DNA of 64,000 nt from Fibrobacter sp. (GCA_045597525.1 JAZLKF010000008.1:16201-80200), one strand, 5' to 3'; counted from the stretch's first letter, positions 36,946 through 47,181 are shown. Translations and numbers: made by a program. The notes: generated from the letters alone by a model not told the origin.

Positions 36946-37905
36946 ATGATTATCAAAGAGAATATGCTTAAAATCGCCGCCAACTCCGACATTTCGGTTT
37001 TGCTCCAGGGGGAAACAGGCTGCGGAAAAGAGGTTGCAGCTCACTTTATACACCAGCAAAGTAAGCGGGCAAACCACCCCTTCGTCGCCGTCAATTGCGG
37101 CGCCATCGCGGCAAACCTTGCCGAAAGCATTCTCGAAGGATCTCGAAAGGGGGCCTACACAGGAGCCGCCTCTGATCAGACAGGCGTTGTTCTTGCCGCA
37201 AATCATGGAACACTGTTTCTTGATGAAATCGGCGAAATGCCCCTAGAGTTGCAACGTAAGCTTTTGAGGATTCTTCAAGAGCGATCCGTAATGCCCATTG
37301 GCACCACCACATGCACCCCCGTAGATTTCAGACTCATCTGCGCCACCAATCGAAACCTCCGTCACGAAGTTGCTGCCGGCCGCTTCCGCGAAGACTTGTT
37401 CTTCAGACTCAACGTGTTTCCCATAAAGATTCCGGCTCTCAGAGACCGCAACGACTTTAGCGATGTGGCTCTAGAACTTTGGGAACTGGAACACACCGCA
37501 ATCCCGTTAACCTGCAAGGAACTCCAGAAACTTCAGGAGCAGCAGTGGCCAGGAAACGTACGCCAGCTGAAGAACGTTCTGCAACGCTACGCCCTGCTAA
37601 AACCCTACGGAATAACCATCGATGAAATCTTACAGGAAGAATTTCATTTAAGTCCTTCGGCAAGCCAGCTTTCAGATAGTACAATCCAAAACGCAAGAGA
37701 CCGGAACAACTCTTGTCAAAGCCCGTGCAACTATAGCCCGCGTAATTATGGCACCCGCAGTTATAACGCCGCTCCCGATTGGGAAACCATTTCAAAGGAA
37801 CTTACCCGCAACAATTGGAACCGCAGCTCCACAGCAAAAAAATTAGGGATCAGCAGAGGATCCCTAAATTATCAAATCAGAAAACACAGTCTTGAAATCT
37901 GTTAG
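36946..37905 (+). CDS. sigma-54-dependent transcriptional activator lacking an N-terminal sensory domain (PspF-like architecture)
   Basis: VLLQGETGCGKE (Walker A). GAYTGA variant of GAFTGA. GTLFLDEIGEM. RFREDLFFRLNV. C-terminal Fis-type HTH TAKKLGISRGSLNYQIRK. ATG at 36946 after gggagg. Confidence 0.8.
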   Translation: MIIKENMLKIAANSDISVLLQGETGCGKEVAAHFIHQQSKRANHPFVAVNCGAIAANLAESILEGSRKGAYTGAASDQTGVVLAANHGTLFLDEIGEMPLELQRKLLRILQERSVMPIGTTTCTPVDFRLICATNRNLRHEVAAGRFREDLFFRLNVFPIKIPALRDRNDFSDVALELWELEHTAIPLTCKELQKLQEQQWPGNVRQLKNVLQRYALLKPYGITIDEILQEEFHLSPSASQLSDSTIQNARDRNNSCQSPCNYSPRNYGTRSYNAAPDWETISKELTRNNWNRSSTAKKLGISRGSLNYQIRKHSLEIC

Positions 37906-38825
37906 AACTTCAAGCCCACTGAAATGTTGTGATAACCACCGTCAAAGGCGGGCTTGGGGCTGTAACCGTAGTCGAATACGATCATACCGAAGGAGGCGCC
38001 AAGACCGCAGCTTACCCCGTTCTTGGTATCCGGACGAATTGCATAACCCAGGCGCAAAGCAAGGGCATTCATGTAGCGCAGTTCGCCACCGAAGTACCAC
38101 TGGGCGTCAGTATCGGCACGGCGGTATCCATCGGCGGAAACATGTACGTTCCACTTTTCTGCAATAGGCAAAATACCAGTTACACCAGCCTGGATCGCCA
38201 TGGGCTCCGCTTCATCTACACCGTCGTAATCACTGACATAACCGAAATTGGTAAGGGCAGCACCAAAGACAAAGTACTTGTTCACCTTGAAGGAGCCAGC
38301 AACATCACCCAAGATGGCAACAGCAGTTTCGTCGTCGATGGTCTGGCTTGCAAAACGTGCGGTAACACCCCAGTTAAAGACATCACCACGACTACCGACT
38401 CCAGCCTGAATATTCCAAGCATATACGCCATAGTCCATTGTGAGTTCGCCATTTTCATCGCGACCTTCAATATTGTCGTAACCGACGAAATCTACGGTAG
38501 CGGAGGCAGCCAGTTTTTTGCCAAAGGCAGTGAACGGGATTCCGTAGTAGACAGAGACAAAGTTGTCTGCAGCACCTTCACCAAAAATAATCTGGTTAAT
38601 ACCCAGTTCAGCATCTTTAGCAACACTCATGGCCAAAGGATTGCGGGACACTTCGGAAACACGGGAAGGGTCGGCGATACCGGCGCCAGACAAGGCCGCA
38701 GTTCGGGCAGACGTCTGCATAGAAAGAAACTTCATGGTCACACCACCGCGTTCAATATTCCAGTGCTCACCGGCCAAGGCGAGGGAACTCAAAATAGCGG
38801 ATGTTACAAGAACTTTCTTCATCAT
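37902..38825 (-). CDS. beta-barrel outer-membrane protein, PorV/PorQ-like
   Basis: Signal peptide. FLSMQTSARTAALSGAGIADP...NPLAMS resembles the N-terminal signature of T9SS-associated barrels. C-terminal aromatic residue (LKF). Confidence 0.45.
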   Translation of the reverse strand: MMKKVLVTSAILSSLALAGEHWNIERGGVTMKFLSMQTSARTAALSGAGIADPSRVSEVSRNPLAMSVAKDAELGINQIIFGEGAADNFVSVYYGIPFTAFGKKLAASATVDFVGYDNIEGRDENGELTMDYGVYAWNIQAGVGSRGDVFNWGVTARFASQTIDDETAVAILGDVAGSFKVNKYFVFGAALTNFGYVSDYDGVDEAEPMAIQAGVTGILPIAEKWNVHVSADGYRRADTDAQWYFGGELRYMNALALRLGYAIRPDTKNGVSCGLGASFGMIVFDYGYSPKPAFDGGYHNISVGLKF

Positions 38826-38925
38826 GGCAGTTAAGATACAAAAAATTGATTAAGGACATTCAAAGGACAAAGGTCAAAAAGATAAAAAACGCTATTCCTT
38901 AACCTTTTATCCTTTAAACTACGCA

Positions 38926-40476
38926 CTACTTACGCCAGCCTTCCATGACCTTGAGGCATTCTGCCAGAAGCTCGGCGGAGCGTTCCTTGCCTTCGGTTTC
39001 CACATAGCAGCGGAATTCCGGGGCGTTGCCGCTGGGACGCAGGTGCACGATGTCGCCGGAATCGAATTCCATACGGTAGCCGTCCACTTCGTTGAGGCTG
39101 ACCAGCTTGCCGTGGAAAATGGGAGCGGGACCATCCTTGGGCTTGAACTTGCTGGGCTTGGCGGCAAACTTGCCGAACAGCTTTTCACCCAGTTTTTGCT
39201 CGCGGATTTCAGCAAGCTTTGCCTTGGAAATCTCGGTGGGGAATTCCTTGAGGCGGTCGCTGACAGTAAAGCGCTTGGGAAGCTTGCGGAGCAAATCAAC
39301 GACGCACATCTTCTGTTCGCGGACCATGACCATCACGGCGATCATAGGCAGCAAGGCATCGCGGGTGGGCAAGGCAGGCAGAGTGCGGGTAACGCCATCG
39401 TAGGCGGTGCGCTTCAAATCAGTCTGCAGCAGGAAACCGCCATTGGCTTCGTAACCTGCGACGGACACGCCGGCGGCAGCACTTGCAGCAGCGTCGCCTT
39501 CCATAAGGCTTTCCATGCCGGCAATCACATACGGAGAACCGATGCGGGTACGTTCAATCTTTTCGAAGCTGCCGCACTTTTCAAGAGAGGTGTTGCAGCT
39601 GACGGGAGTAGCAATGCGCTTGATACCCAGAGCCTGGGAAGCGAGAATGCCAAGGACGTCACCGCGGAGCCACATGCCCACGTCATCAGCCAGAAGCGGG
39701 CGGTCAGAGTCGCCATCGGTACTGAACACGGCGTCCACGTAATCCTTGTGGGTGAACTCGCGGGCCAGTTCCTCATCTTCGGGGCGGATAGCCTCGGTAT
39801 CCACCGGGACGAATACGTCGCTACGGCCAAAAGGCTTGACGCAGGCGCCAAGACTTTCAAGAACGCGGACCACGATATCGCGGCCTACTGCAGAATGCTG
39901 GTACACACCGATGGTAAGGCCCTGCAGGGCCTTTTCACCAAAGAAGGCGGGATAGCGCTTGCAGTAGTTTTCTTCAGCTTCCGTTTCTACAGCGGGAAGT
40001 TCAGGAGCGTTCACCAGCATACCGTCGGCACCAAAAAGCGCTTCGTCAAAATCCACAGACTGGGAAACAATTCCCTGTTCGTCGGCCTTGGTGATTTCGC
40101 CATTGGGATGGTTAAACTTGATGCCGTTGCGGTCGGCAGGAATGTGGGAGCCGGTAACCATGATGGTGGGCAGCTTCTTGTCGAGACCGTAGAGCGCAAT
40201 GGCAGGAGAAGGAATGCGACCGCAGTAGGTCACCTTCCAGCCGGCATCCTGACCAGCCTTCACCAGAGCCTGCAAGATGCGACCGGTACTGGGGCGCAGG
40301 TCGCCAGCGATGGCGATTTCATGATCGCATTTATAGGAAACTTCGCAGTACTTGATAAAGGAACGTGCATAGACATAGCACACGCGATCAGTCATAGCAG
40401 AAACCAGGCCGCGGGCACCGCTGGTACCAAAAGCCACACCAGACTGTTTCATCACATCTTGCATTGCAACGGACAT
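38926..40476 (-). CDS. alpha-D-phosphohexomutase (phosphoglucomutase/phosphomannomutase family)
   Basis: VTGSHIPADRNGIKF (phosphoserine loop). FSTDGDSDRP (Mg site). GNAPEFRCY. Confidence 0.8.
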   Translation of the reverse strand: MSVAMQDVMKQSGVAFGTSGARGLVSAMTDRVCYVYARSFIKYCEVSYKCDHEIAIAGDLRPSTGRILQALVKAGQDAGWKVTYCGRIPSPAIALYGLDKKLPTIMVTGSHIPADRNGIKFNHPNGEITKADEQGIVSQSVDFDEALFGADGMLVNAPELPAVETEAEENYCKRYPAFFGEKALQGLTIGVYQHSAVGRDIVVRVLESLGACVKPFGRSDVFVPVDTEAIRPEDEELAREFTHKDYVDAVFSTDGDSDRPLLADDVGMWLRGDVLGILASQALGIKRIATPVSCNTSLEKCGSFEKIERTRIGSPYVIAGMESLMEGDAAASAAAGVSVAGYEANGGFLLQTDLKRTAYDGVTRTLPALPTRDALLPMIAVMVMVREQKMCVVDLLRKLPKRFTVSDRLKEFPTEISKAKLAEIREQKLGEKLFGKFAAKPSKFKPKDGPAPIFHGKLVSLNEVDGYRMEFDSGDIVHLRPSGNAPEFRCYVETEGKERSAELLAECLKVMEGWRK

Positions 40477-40620
40477 AAAAACCTCATAAAATTGCGCAGT
40501 TTCAGGGCTACGCCAACAATGAACACGCTAAAATTAAAAAAAGCACAGGAATGAGAACAATTTTGGTCAAATTTTCAGCCAAAAACAGCGTCAAACACAC
40601 CTAAGGGAAAATCTTTATAT

Positions 40621-42228
40621 ATGTTTACATTCGATATGAATTTAAAAAACAAGTTTTCCATTGCCGTCATTAGCTTAGCAGCCTATATCCAGGCCCAGGA
40701 TTTGCAGGTCCAAGTTCCCGTGAACGAAGAACCCGACGCAGCCCCGGCCGTAGAAAGCGCTGTTCCAGAAGTTCCCCCTAGCGAAGCCGCTCTCCAGAGT
40801 GACCCTGCTGAATCTACAAATCCGCCGGTCGAAAACGCACCTGAAGAAAGCGTCTCCGAGGCACCCGCTATCCCGGCTCCTGTAGAAGAAAACGCAGCCC
40901 CTCAGGTAGAACCTGCATCGGACAATTCCCAGGAAACTTCGCTTGCCGAAACAACAGAAGTTCCGGCATCAAGTGATTCTGTCGCAGAAGCTGCCGCAGA
41001 TCAAGCACCCCAGGCACAACAGGCGATAGACTTAGCCAGCGTAGAAAGTTCTCCCGCACCGACAAAAGCAGAAACTCAAACCAAATCCAACACCACAAAG
41101 ACTAAAGCCAAGAAAAAAAAACATGCTAAAAAGCATCATTCTGCAACGGTTCATGGATCCGCATACAACATCGTGAACAACGAAGCTGCCGATGCAACAG
41201 TCCGCAGCGATATGGCCATGCCCCACAAGATGATCGATTCTAGGTACGGCTACTTCGAACCCGTCAATGGATTTGGAATTGCCGCATTCGGCTCCAGCAA
41301 CACCTACTTCCTTGCCTTTGATAACAGCGACAAACTCGGTTTGGTAACCGCAGGTGCCACCTTCGGCAATTTTGGTGCATCTCTGAGATTTGCCGTAGGC
41401 AAGAACTGGTACAAAGCCTACCTAGAAGATATCGGCGATTATCAAGAAAATAACACCACATCGTCCGGTACCCTTTTTGGCGCCACCGCTTCCACAAAAA
41501 TCCTAGGCGCCGACCTAGGCGTTGACGTAGCTTACTCCAACACTGACAACCAACAATTTACCAGCAGCAACCTCGACTCCGAAGGAATATATTCCTGGGA
41601 CTTTACAGGCAAGCTCACTTTAGCCAGTTCTTACTACCATCTGTTCTCCTGGTCCGCCAGCATATCATTGCAAAGATATCAAGCCACAAGAACTTCCAGA
41701 ACAGTCATATACTCGACACCTTTTGGCGGTCCTATAACAAAAACCACTTGGCGAACCACGGTAACAGACACGACATCTCATGTGACGGTTACTCCTGAAT
41801 TCAATATCGGCAGCAACATTTTGAAGTCTCCCAAGTCCAAACTTTACATCGGCATGAACACAGCCATACCCATGACTGCCTATGACCGCATTTCCGGTAT
41901 AGTCAGCCGTCATAATGAATACAGTCTACAATTCAGCCCCAACATCTTGGGCGAAGTCGAACTAGGCAAGTATGTCATGGCCTTTGGTAGCGCAAGCTAT
42001 TTGTGGACCGCCTACGAAATGCGCGATAGCTACAAGGGCACCACAGGAGTCAAGGCTTACAACTCCGTATCCGGAACAACTACCGCAAACATCGGTATGA
42101 AATTCCATATGGAATACGCAGCTTTGGAATTGGCATTCACCAACGATTTTATTTCCAATCCTTTCAGTTCCTTTGGTAGCGTAAACGATATCGGATTCTC
42201 CATCGGCGCGTTCATCAACTTTCCCTAA
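40621..42228 (+). CDS. secreted protein with a Pro/Ala/Glu-rich region, a Lys-rich tract and a putative C-terminal beta-barrel
   Basis: Signal-like N-terminus. Low-complexity first 170 aa. KTKAKKKKHAKKHH. Alternating beta pattern ending AFINFP. Confidence 0.4.
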   Translation: MFTFDMNLKNKFSIAVISLAAYIQAQDLQVQVPVNEEPDAAPAVESAVPEVPPSEAALQSDPAESTNPPVENAPEESVSEAPAIPAPVEENAAPQVEPASDNSQETSLAETTEVPASSDSVAEAAADQAPQAQQAIDLASVESSPAPTKAETQTKSNTTKTKAKKKKHAKKHHSATVHGSAYNIVNNEAADATVRSDMAMPHKMIDSRYGYFEPVNGFGIAAFGSSNTYFLAFDNSDKLGLVTAGATFGNFGASLRFAVGKNWYKAYLEDIGDYQENNTTSSGTLFGATASTKILGADLGVDVAYSNTDNQQFTSSNLDSEGIYSWDFTGKLTLASSYYHLFSWSASISLQRYQATRTSRTVIYSTPFGGPITKTTWRTTVTDTTSHVTVTPEFNIGSNILKSPKSKLYIGMNTAIPMTAYDRISGIVSRHNEYSLQFSPNILGEVELGKYVMAFGSASYLWTAYEMRDSYKGTTGVKAYNSVSGTTTANIGMKFHMEYAALELAFTNDFISNPFSSFGSVNDIGFSIGAFINFP

Positions 42229-42233
42229 TTAGT

Positions 42234-43091
42234 ATGTTCAAAGATATTGCACTGGTTCTTGAAGGTGGCGGAATGCGTGGAGCCTATTCCGCAGGCGTTC
42301 TCGACGTTCTTCACGATCAGGGATTTAAGTTCGGCGGCTATGCAGGAACATCTGCAGGAGCCACCCACCTTTGCAACTATCTTTCAGAACAACGTAACAG
42401 AAACTTTAGGCTGGACACCATACACTCCCAGGATAAGCGTTACATGAGCTTCGGGAACTGGCTGCGCACCGGCAACTATTTCGACTTGAAGTTCTGCTAC
42501 CACACAGTGCCCGAAGAACTGGATCCCTTTGACTACGACAAGTTCCGCGAAAATGCAGCCGTTTCAGACTTCTACGCCGCAGCAAGCAATGTAGAAACTG
42601 GTGCTCCCGAATACTTTATCGTAAGGGATCTGCAAAAAGACCTTGAGGCAATCCACAGTTCCTCTTCGTTACCCTTGATGAGTACCATGGTCCATTACCA
42701 GGGCAAGATTATGATGGACGGAAATATCGCCGACAGCATTCCCTTTGAATTCATGGACAACATCGGCTTCAAAAGGCAGGTCGTCATTACCGCACGCCCT
42801 GCCGGCTACAAAAAGCCAGCCAATAACCTAATGCCCATTTACAAGCTGGTGTACCGCAAGTATCCTAAGTTTGTAGAAGCCATAGGCAATCGCCATATCC
42901 GTTACAACAAGTGCCTTGCCACTCTTGCCGATTGGGAAAAGCAGGGCAAATCCTTTGTGTTTCGCCCCAGCGTGAATATGAAAATCGACCGCGTCGAAAA
43001 AAATGCAGCCAAGATTACCGCTCTCTATGCCTTAGGAGTCAAAGACGCCCAAGAACATCTGGAAGATTTGAAGAGATTTTTAGACTTCTAA
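42234..43091 (+). CDS. patatin-like phospholipase
   Basis: LEGGGMRGAYSAGVL (oxyanion GGGxRG). GTSAGA (GxSxG). DGNIAD (catalytic Asp). Confidence 0.8.
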   Translation: MFKDIALVLEGGGMRGAYSAGVLDVLHDQGFKFGGYAGTSAGATHLCNYLSEQRNRNFRLDTIHSQDKRYMSFGNWLRTGNYFDLKFCYHTVPEELDPFDYDKFRENAAVSDFYAAASNVETGAPEYFIVRDLQKDLEAIHSSSSLPLMSTMVHYQGKIMMDGNIADSIPFEFMDNIGFKRQVVITARPAGYKKPANNLMPIYKLVYRKYPKFVEAIGNRHIRYNKCLATLADWEKQGKSFVFRPSVNMKIDRVEKNAAKITALYALGVKDAQEHLEDLKRFLDF

Positions 43092-43377
43092 ATCTTTACA
43101 TTTCCCCAAAAAAAGCATTTTTTCACCCCGCATCTTTGTAAACTTTTTTAAAACAAGAAAAATCCCCACGACTTGCGCCATGGGGACTTTTTTGGGGGTT
43201 AGGAGGCTCTTTTGCTATGTAGCCATAACTTTTACGTCTTAAATGTAGTATTGTCTATGTAAATTTTGGAGATTTTTTTGCAAAAAAAACTTTGCTTTAG
43301 GCCTAAAAGTGAAAATTATCACAAAATATTTTGTATGCATCGGGCAACAAACTTACAATAAAACTACTTTTTGGGTC

Positions 43378-44751
43378 ATGAGCAATAAAGATCAGATTCA
43401 AGAGCCTGTAAAAGGCAATCCGAAAGCCCTTTTACCCATCGCCGTATTCCTGGTTTTATATCTAGGAATGGGTATTTCATTCGAATACGTGCTGAAAATC
43501 CCCATGGGATTCTACAACATCCCCATCGTGGCGGCTTTTCTGGTGGCCATTTTTGTGGCGTGCATCCAGAACCGCAAATTGAATTTCGACAAGAAGATGA
43601 ACGTGATGGCAGGCGCCATAGGCGATCGCAATATCTTCCTCATGATTCTGGTGTTTTTGTGCGCAGGTATCTTCGCAGGAATCCTAGGACGCTCTAGCGC
43701 AAGCGCGGCGGCCTACCTGCTGCTGGACTTTATTCCGGCGCAGTTTGCGGTGGTTGTACTTTTCGTGGTGGCAGCCTTCGTTTCCACCGCCATGGGAACA
43801 TCCGTAGGCACTATCGCAGTGGTGACGCCTATTGCCATTGAAGTTGCAGGAGCCGCAGGTTTTGGCATTCCCTTCTGTGTCGCTTCCGTCATTGGAGGCG
43901 CCATGTTCGGCGACAACCTGAGCTTTATTTCCGATACAACCATTGCGGCAACCTCCACACAGGGCGTCGCCATGAAGGAAAAGTTCAAGGTGAATTTCTG
44001 GATTGCATTGCCTGCCGCCTTGGCAGCCATCTTGATTATTGCAGCTATCTCCTTTGCCACCGACGCCCGGGAAGTCGTTAGCGGCGAATACAATCTGATT
44101 CAGCTGGTGCCCTACGTTCTGGTTCTCGTTCTGGCGTTGACCGGAATTAACGTGTTCACCGTTTTGCTGGTGGGCATCGTGGCCGCCGCAGTCGTCATGG
44201 TAGGTAGCGGCCAGCTGGATTTCGTCGGTCTTTTGACCCACGTGGGCAACGGCATTTCCGGAATGTACGAGACCATCATGGTGGCAGTTCTTGTTAGCGC
44301 CCTTTGCGGCCTCATCCGCATTCACGGCGGCTTCGCCGCCCTGCTGGATTTCATCCACAAGGTCTTCAAGGGTCACAAGAGTGGCCAGCTGGGCGTCGGC
44401 CTTCTGGTCAGCGCCATGGACGTTGCAACCGCTAACAACACCGTGGCCATCGTCATGGCAGCCCCCATCGCCAAGCAGATGAGTGACGAATACAGAATCT
44501 CCCCGCAGAAGACCGCATCGCTGCTGGATATCTTCGGATGCATCGTACAGGGCCTGCTCCCCTATGGCGCCCAGATGCTGGTAGCCCTTTCCGCTGTGGC
44601 CGCCGCTGGAGCCGCAGCAGTTGCCGAAGGTGGCGTCGCACAGAATGTCAGCGCCTTCGATGTCATACCTTACATGTTCTATCCCTTCCTGCTTCTGATC
44701 AGCGTGCTGGCCTTCATCGCCATCTCGCCCAAGAGAAAGAAGAAGGCTTAA
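43378..44751 (+). CDS. Na+/H+ antiporter NhaC-family membrane transporter
   Basis: About 11-12 hydrophobic helices. ATG at 43378 (the track start is a GTG). Family call from overall resemblance. Confidence 0.5.
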   Translation: MSNKDQIQEPVKGNPKALLPIAVFLVLYLGMGISFEYVLKIPMGFYNIPIVAAFLVAIFVACIQNRKLNFDKKMNVMAGAIGDRNIFLMILVFLCAGIFAGILGRSSASAAAYLLLDFIPAQFAVVVLFVVAAFVSTAMGTSVGTIAVVTPIAIEVAGAAGFGIPFCVASVIGGAMFGDNLSFISDTTIAATSTQGVAMKEKFKVNFWIALPAALAAILIIAAISFATDAREVVSGEYNLIQLVPYVLVLVLALTGINVFTVLLVGIVAAAVVMVGSGQLDFVGLLTHVGNGISGMYETIMVAVLVSALCGLIRIHGGFAALLDFIHKVFKGHKSGQLGVGLLVSAMDVATANNTVAIVMAAPIAKQMSDEYRISPQKTASLLDIFGCIVQGLLPYGAQMLVALSAVAAAGAAAVAEGGVAQNVSAFDVIPYMFYPFLLLISVLAFIAISPKRKKKA

Positions 44752-44790
44752 GGCCTCCCGCAACTTCGGCTTTTTTCTATCTTTCTTCCT

Positions 44791-45588
44791 ATGGATAGAG
44801 CTCGTCGTAGAAAATTTGGTCAGAACTTTTTAGATGTCCCTACAGCCATTGCTATTGCAGGGGATCTGCCCGCCGACGCTGGCGAAGCCGTTCTGGAAAT
44901 CGGACCGGGCCACGGTGCCCTTACGGAGCATTTGTTGGACCGCGGTCTGGATCTGACCGCTGTTGAAATTGACGAGCAGTGCGTTGAAGTTCTGAACGAA
45001 AAGTTCAAGGGTCGTGAAAACTTCCACATTACGAACATCGATTTTTTGAAGTTCGACCTGAACGGCTTTTTAGATTCCCACGAAAAGCCCTGGGTTACAG
45101 GCAATCTTCCTTATAACGTTTCCACCGCCATTATAGCAGGTCTCATGCCTCGTTTGCATTTGACCAAGGGTTTCATGGGCATGGTGCAGTTGGAAGTTGC
45201 AGAACGCATTTGTGCCGCCCCTTGCAGCAGCAATTATGGCAGCCTCTCCGTTTTAGTCAGCGCCTTTGCCGACACCAAGATTTTGCGCAAGATTGGCCCG
45301 GAGCATTTTACACCGAAGCCAAACGTTGACAGCGCAACCATGCTCTTGACCCCGCGTACAGAACCCATGGATTTTAAAGGCGCCGATATAGACAAGTTCT
45401 TTGAATTTGTTCGCGCCGCCTTTACTCAAAAGCGCAAGACCTTAACAAACTCCTTCGGGAAAGCATACGATAAAAAGAAAATCCAGGAAGCCATCGAACG
45501 ATTGGGCTACCCCGCCACCGTTCGTGCCGAAGAACTTTCTCCGGAACAGTTCCTGGATTTCTATAACATCATTGTGGCAGGAAACTAG
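44791..45588 (+). CDS. rsmA: 16S rRNA (adenine1518/1519-N6)-dimethyltransferase
   Basis: KFGQNFL, VLEIGPGHGALT, GNLPYNVST. Confidence 0.9.
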   Translation: MDRARRRKFGQNFLDVPTAIAIAGDLPADAGEAVLEIGPGHGALTEHLLDRGLDLTAVEIDEQCVEVLNEKFKGRENFHITNIDFLKFDLNGFLDSHEKPWVTGNLPYNVSTAIIAGLMPRLHLTKGFMGMVQLEVAERICAAPCSSNYGSLSVLVSAFADTKILRKIGPEHFTPKPNVDSATMLLTPRTEPMDFKGADIDKFFEFVRAAFTQKRKTLTNSFGKAYDKKKIQEAIERLGYPATVRAEELSPEQFLDFYNIIVAGN

Positions 45589-45662
45589 CCACTAATTCCG
45601 CAGTCATCTCCGCCCCAAAAAAACATCTTCCACATTGGAATAGGGATTTACGGCACACCCTC

Positions 45663-45691
45663 TTGACCAAAGCAGATTTGAGCCGTATATT
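45663..45691 (+). promoter_or_regulatory. near-consensus sigma-70 promoter
   Basis: TTGACC, a 17-nt spacer, then TATATT. Confidence 0.55.
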
Positions 45692-45697
45692 CTACAC

Positions 45698-45788
45698 ATA
45701 GACCGGATGTAAACCGGAACGCGGAGCCTACGGGCACTGCAGAAATAGAAACGAGTCGGCCCTCTTCAGAGCGCCGACCGTTTTTTTG
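45698..45788 (+). ncRNA. candidate small RNA of about 90 nt (promoter to terminator, no ORF)
   Basis: Follows the promoter above. Ends in GTCGGCCCTCttcaGAGCGCCGAC plus T-run (45755-45788). No downstream same-strand gene. Confidence 0.35.
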
Positions 45789-45804
45789 AATTTTTTCAAA
45801 AATA

Positions 45805-45936
45805 GGTTACTAAACAAACATTTTTATAGAGTTTGGTAACCCTATTTTTAGTTTATACAAAACGATTTCAGGTTCACACTCGTTTTTACAATGTATAAAG
45901 GTTACTAAGTAAATACTTATTATTCACTTAGTAACC
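45805..45936. repeat. two 37-nt hairpin-capable inverted repeats 95 bp apart, same family as 34981-35205
   Basis: 45805-45841 GGTTACTAAAC..GTTTGGTAACC; 45900-45936 GGTTACTAAGT..ACTTAGTAACC. Confidence 0.8.
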
Positions 45937-45988
45937 CCAAAACAGAAATTCGGCCTTTTTTAAAAGGACAAACACACATAATGTGGAT

Positions 45989-46976
45989 TTATTTCTTGGA
46001 CTTTTTCTTTTCAGCCTTGGCGGCGTCCACAGCTGCCTTCAGGGCTTCCTTCTTGGCGGCTTCTTCTTCGGGAGTGGGCTTGGTATCTTCTAACAGACGA
46101 TCGGCCCATTCGTCCCAGAAGCGACAACGTTCGCCGTCCAGCTTCATCTTGGCGAATTTCACCGGTTCTGTTTCTACAGCCAGCGTCACCACAGATTCCT
46201 TGTAGGCCTGAGGCATGCCTGAAACGTGAGCCATACGCAGCTTCAGTTCTGCAACGGTGGCATCGAGAATTTCAACATCGAAACGACGCTGGATATAGCG
46301 GCGGGTAATGAAACCCATAGACATAAAGTAGTCGCCCTGGTTACCTTCGGCAAGGTAATTGCGAACGCGAAGTTCCTTAAGAGCCAGCACCGCTTCCTCG
46401 TATGGAGGCAAGCGCGGGGCTTCTCCCTGCTTGCGGAACTTCTTGTGGAGGAGCCATCCCAAAAGAACCAGCACCACACCGCCCAGCACGCACAGTGCAA
46501 TAATCAGCCACTGAGGCAAGCGCGGGTCCGCCATCGGTTCTTCCACATCCAAGATGTCGTCTTCTTCGCCGGTTGTGCGGTTGGAAACCTTCACAGCCAC
46601 CGGGTCCGTATTGGTCTTGACGGTGTCCTTATCCACGATGGCCACCACCTGCTGGGGAGCAATCATAAAGTCGCCACTGACGAAAGTATTCAGCGTTGCC
46701 AACCAGGTGAACTTTGCCGTACCCTTGGGCATGCCTTCGGTAATACGCTCGTTCTTCATTTCCTTTACTTCGAAACTACCAAGGTTACCCACAAAGCTGG
46801 GCAGGTCCACAATGGCGTTTTCGGGAGCGGTCACGGCGATTTCGTAATTGAACATGTCGCCGATAAAGACCTGAGCGTTATCTACGTTGGCCTTGACACT
46901 TACATCGAATGCAAAAGAAGGCAGCGCACAAACCGCGGCCAAAACACACAAACGCGAAACAAAAGACTTAATCATA
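45989..46976 (-). CDS. BatD-like / DUF4381-like membrane protein
   Basis: Start moved to the ATG at 46976 (MIKSFVSRLCVLAAVCALPSFA). N-terminal beta-rich ectodomain, one TM segment (LPQWLIIALCVLGGVVLVLLGWLL), Lys/Ala/Glu-rich tail. Confidence 0.35.
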
Positions 46977-46993
46977 CAAGAGTGAATATACAA

Positions 46994-47150
46994 AAAGGCG
47001 AGAGCAGTGACCAAGCTTGCTTGGGCATTGCCGAGCCGAAGTATATGCATGCGAAGCATGCCATATCAGAAAGGCGAGAGCAGCGACCGCCGAACTTGTT
47101 CGAGCGGGCATGACCGAGCCGTAGTATATGCGCATGAAATGCGCCATATA
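46994..47150. repeat. tandem REP-like units of about 76 bp (2 copies), each with two hairpins
   Basis: Both units begin aaaggcgagagcag(t/c)gacc and end ccgagccg(a/t)agtatatgc..gccatat. Inner stems differ but stay complementary (CCAAGCttGCTTGG versus CGAACttGTTCG). Confidence 0.75.
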
Positions 47151-47181
47151 CAAATTTTATGATTACGAAATAAAAAAGGAG

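Noticed and set aside
45698-45788. c-di-GMP-I (GEMM) or another riboswitch identity for the sRNA candidate.
   Set aside because: acgcggagcctacggg resembles the ACGCAAAGC segment only loosely. There is no downstream gene on the same strand to regulate.
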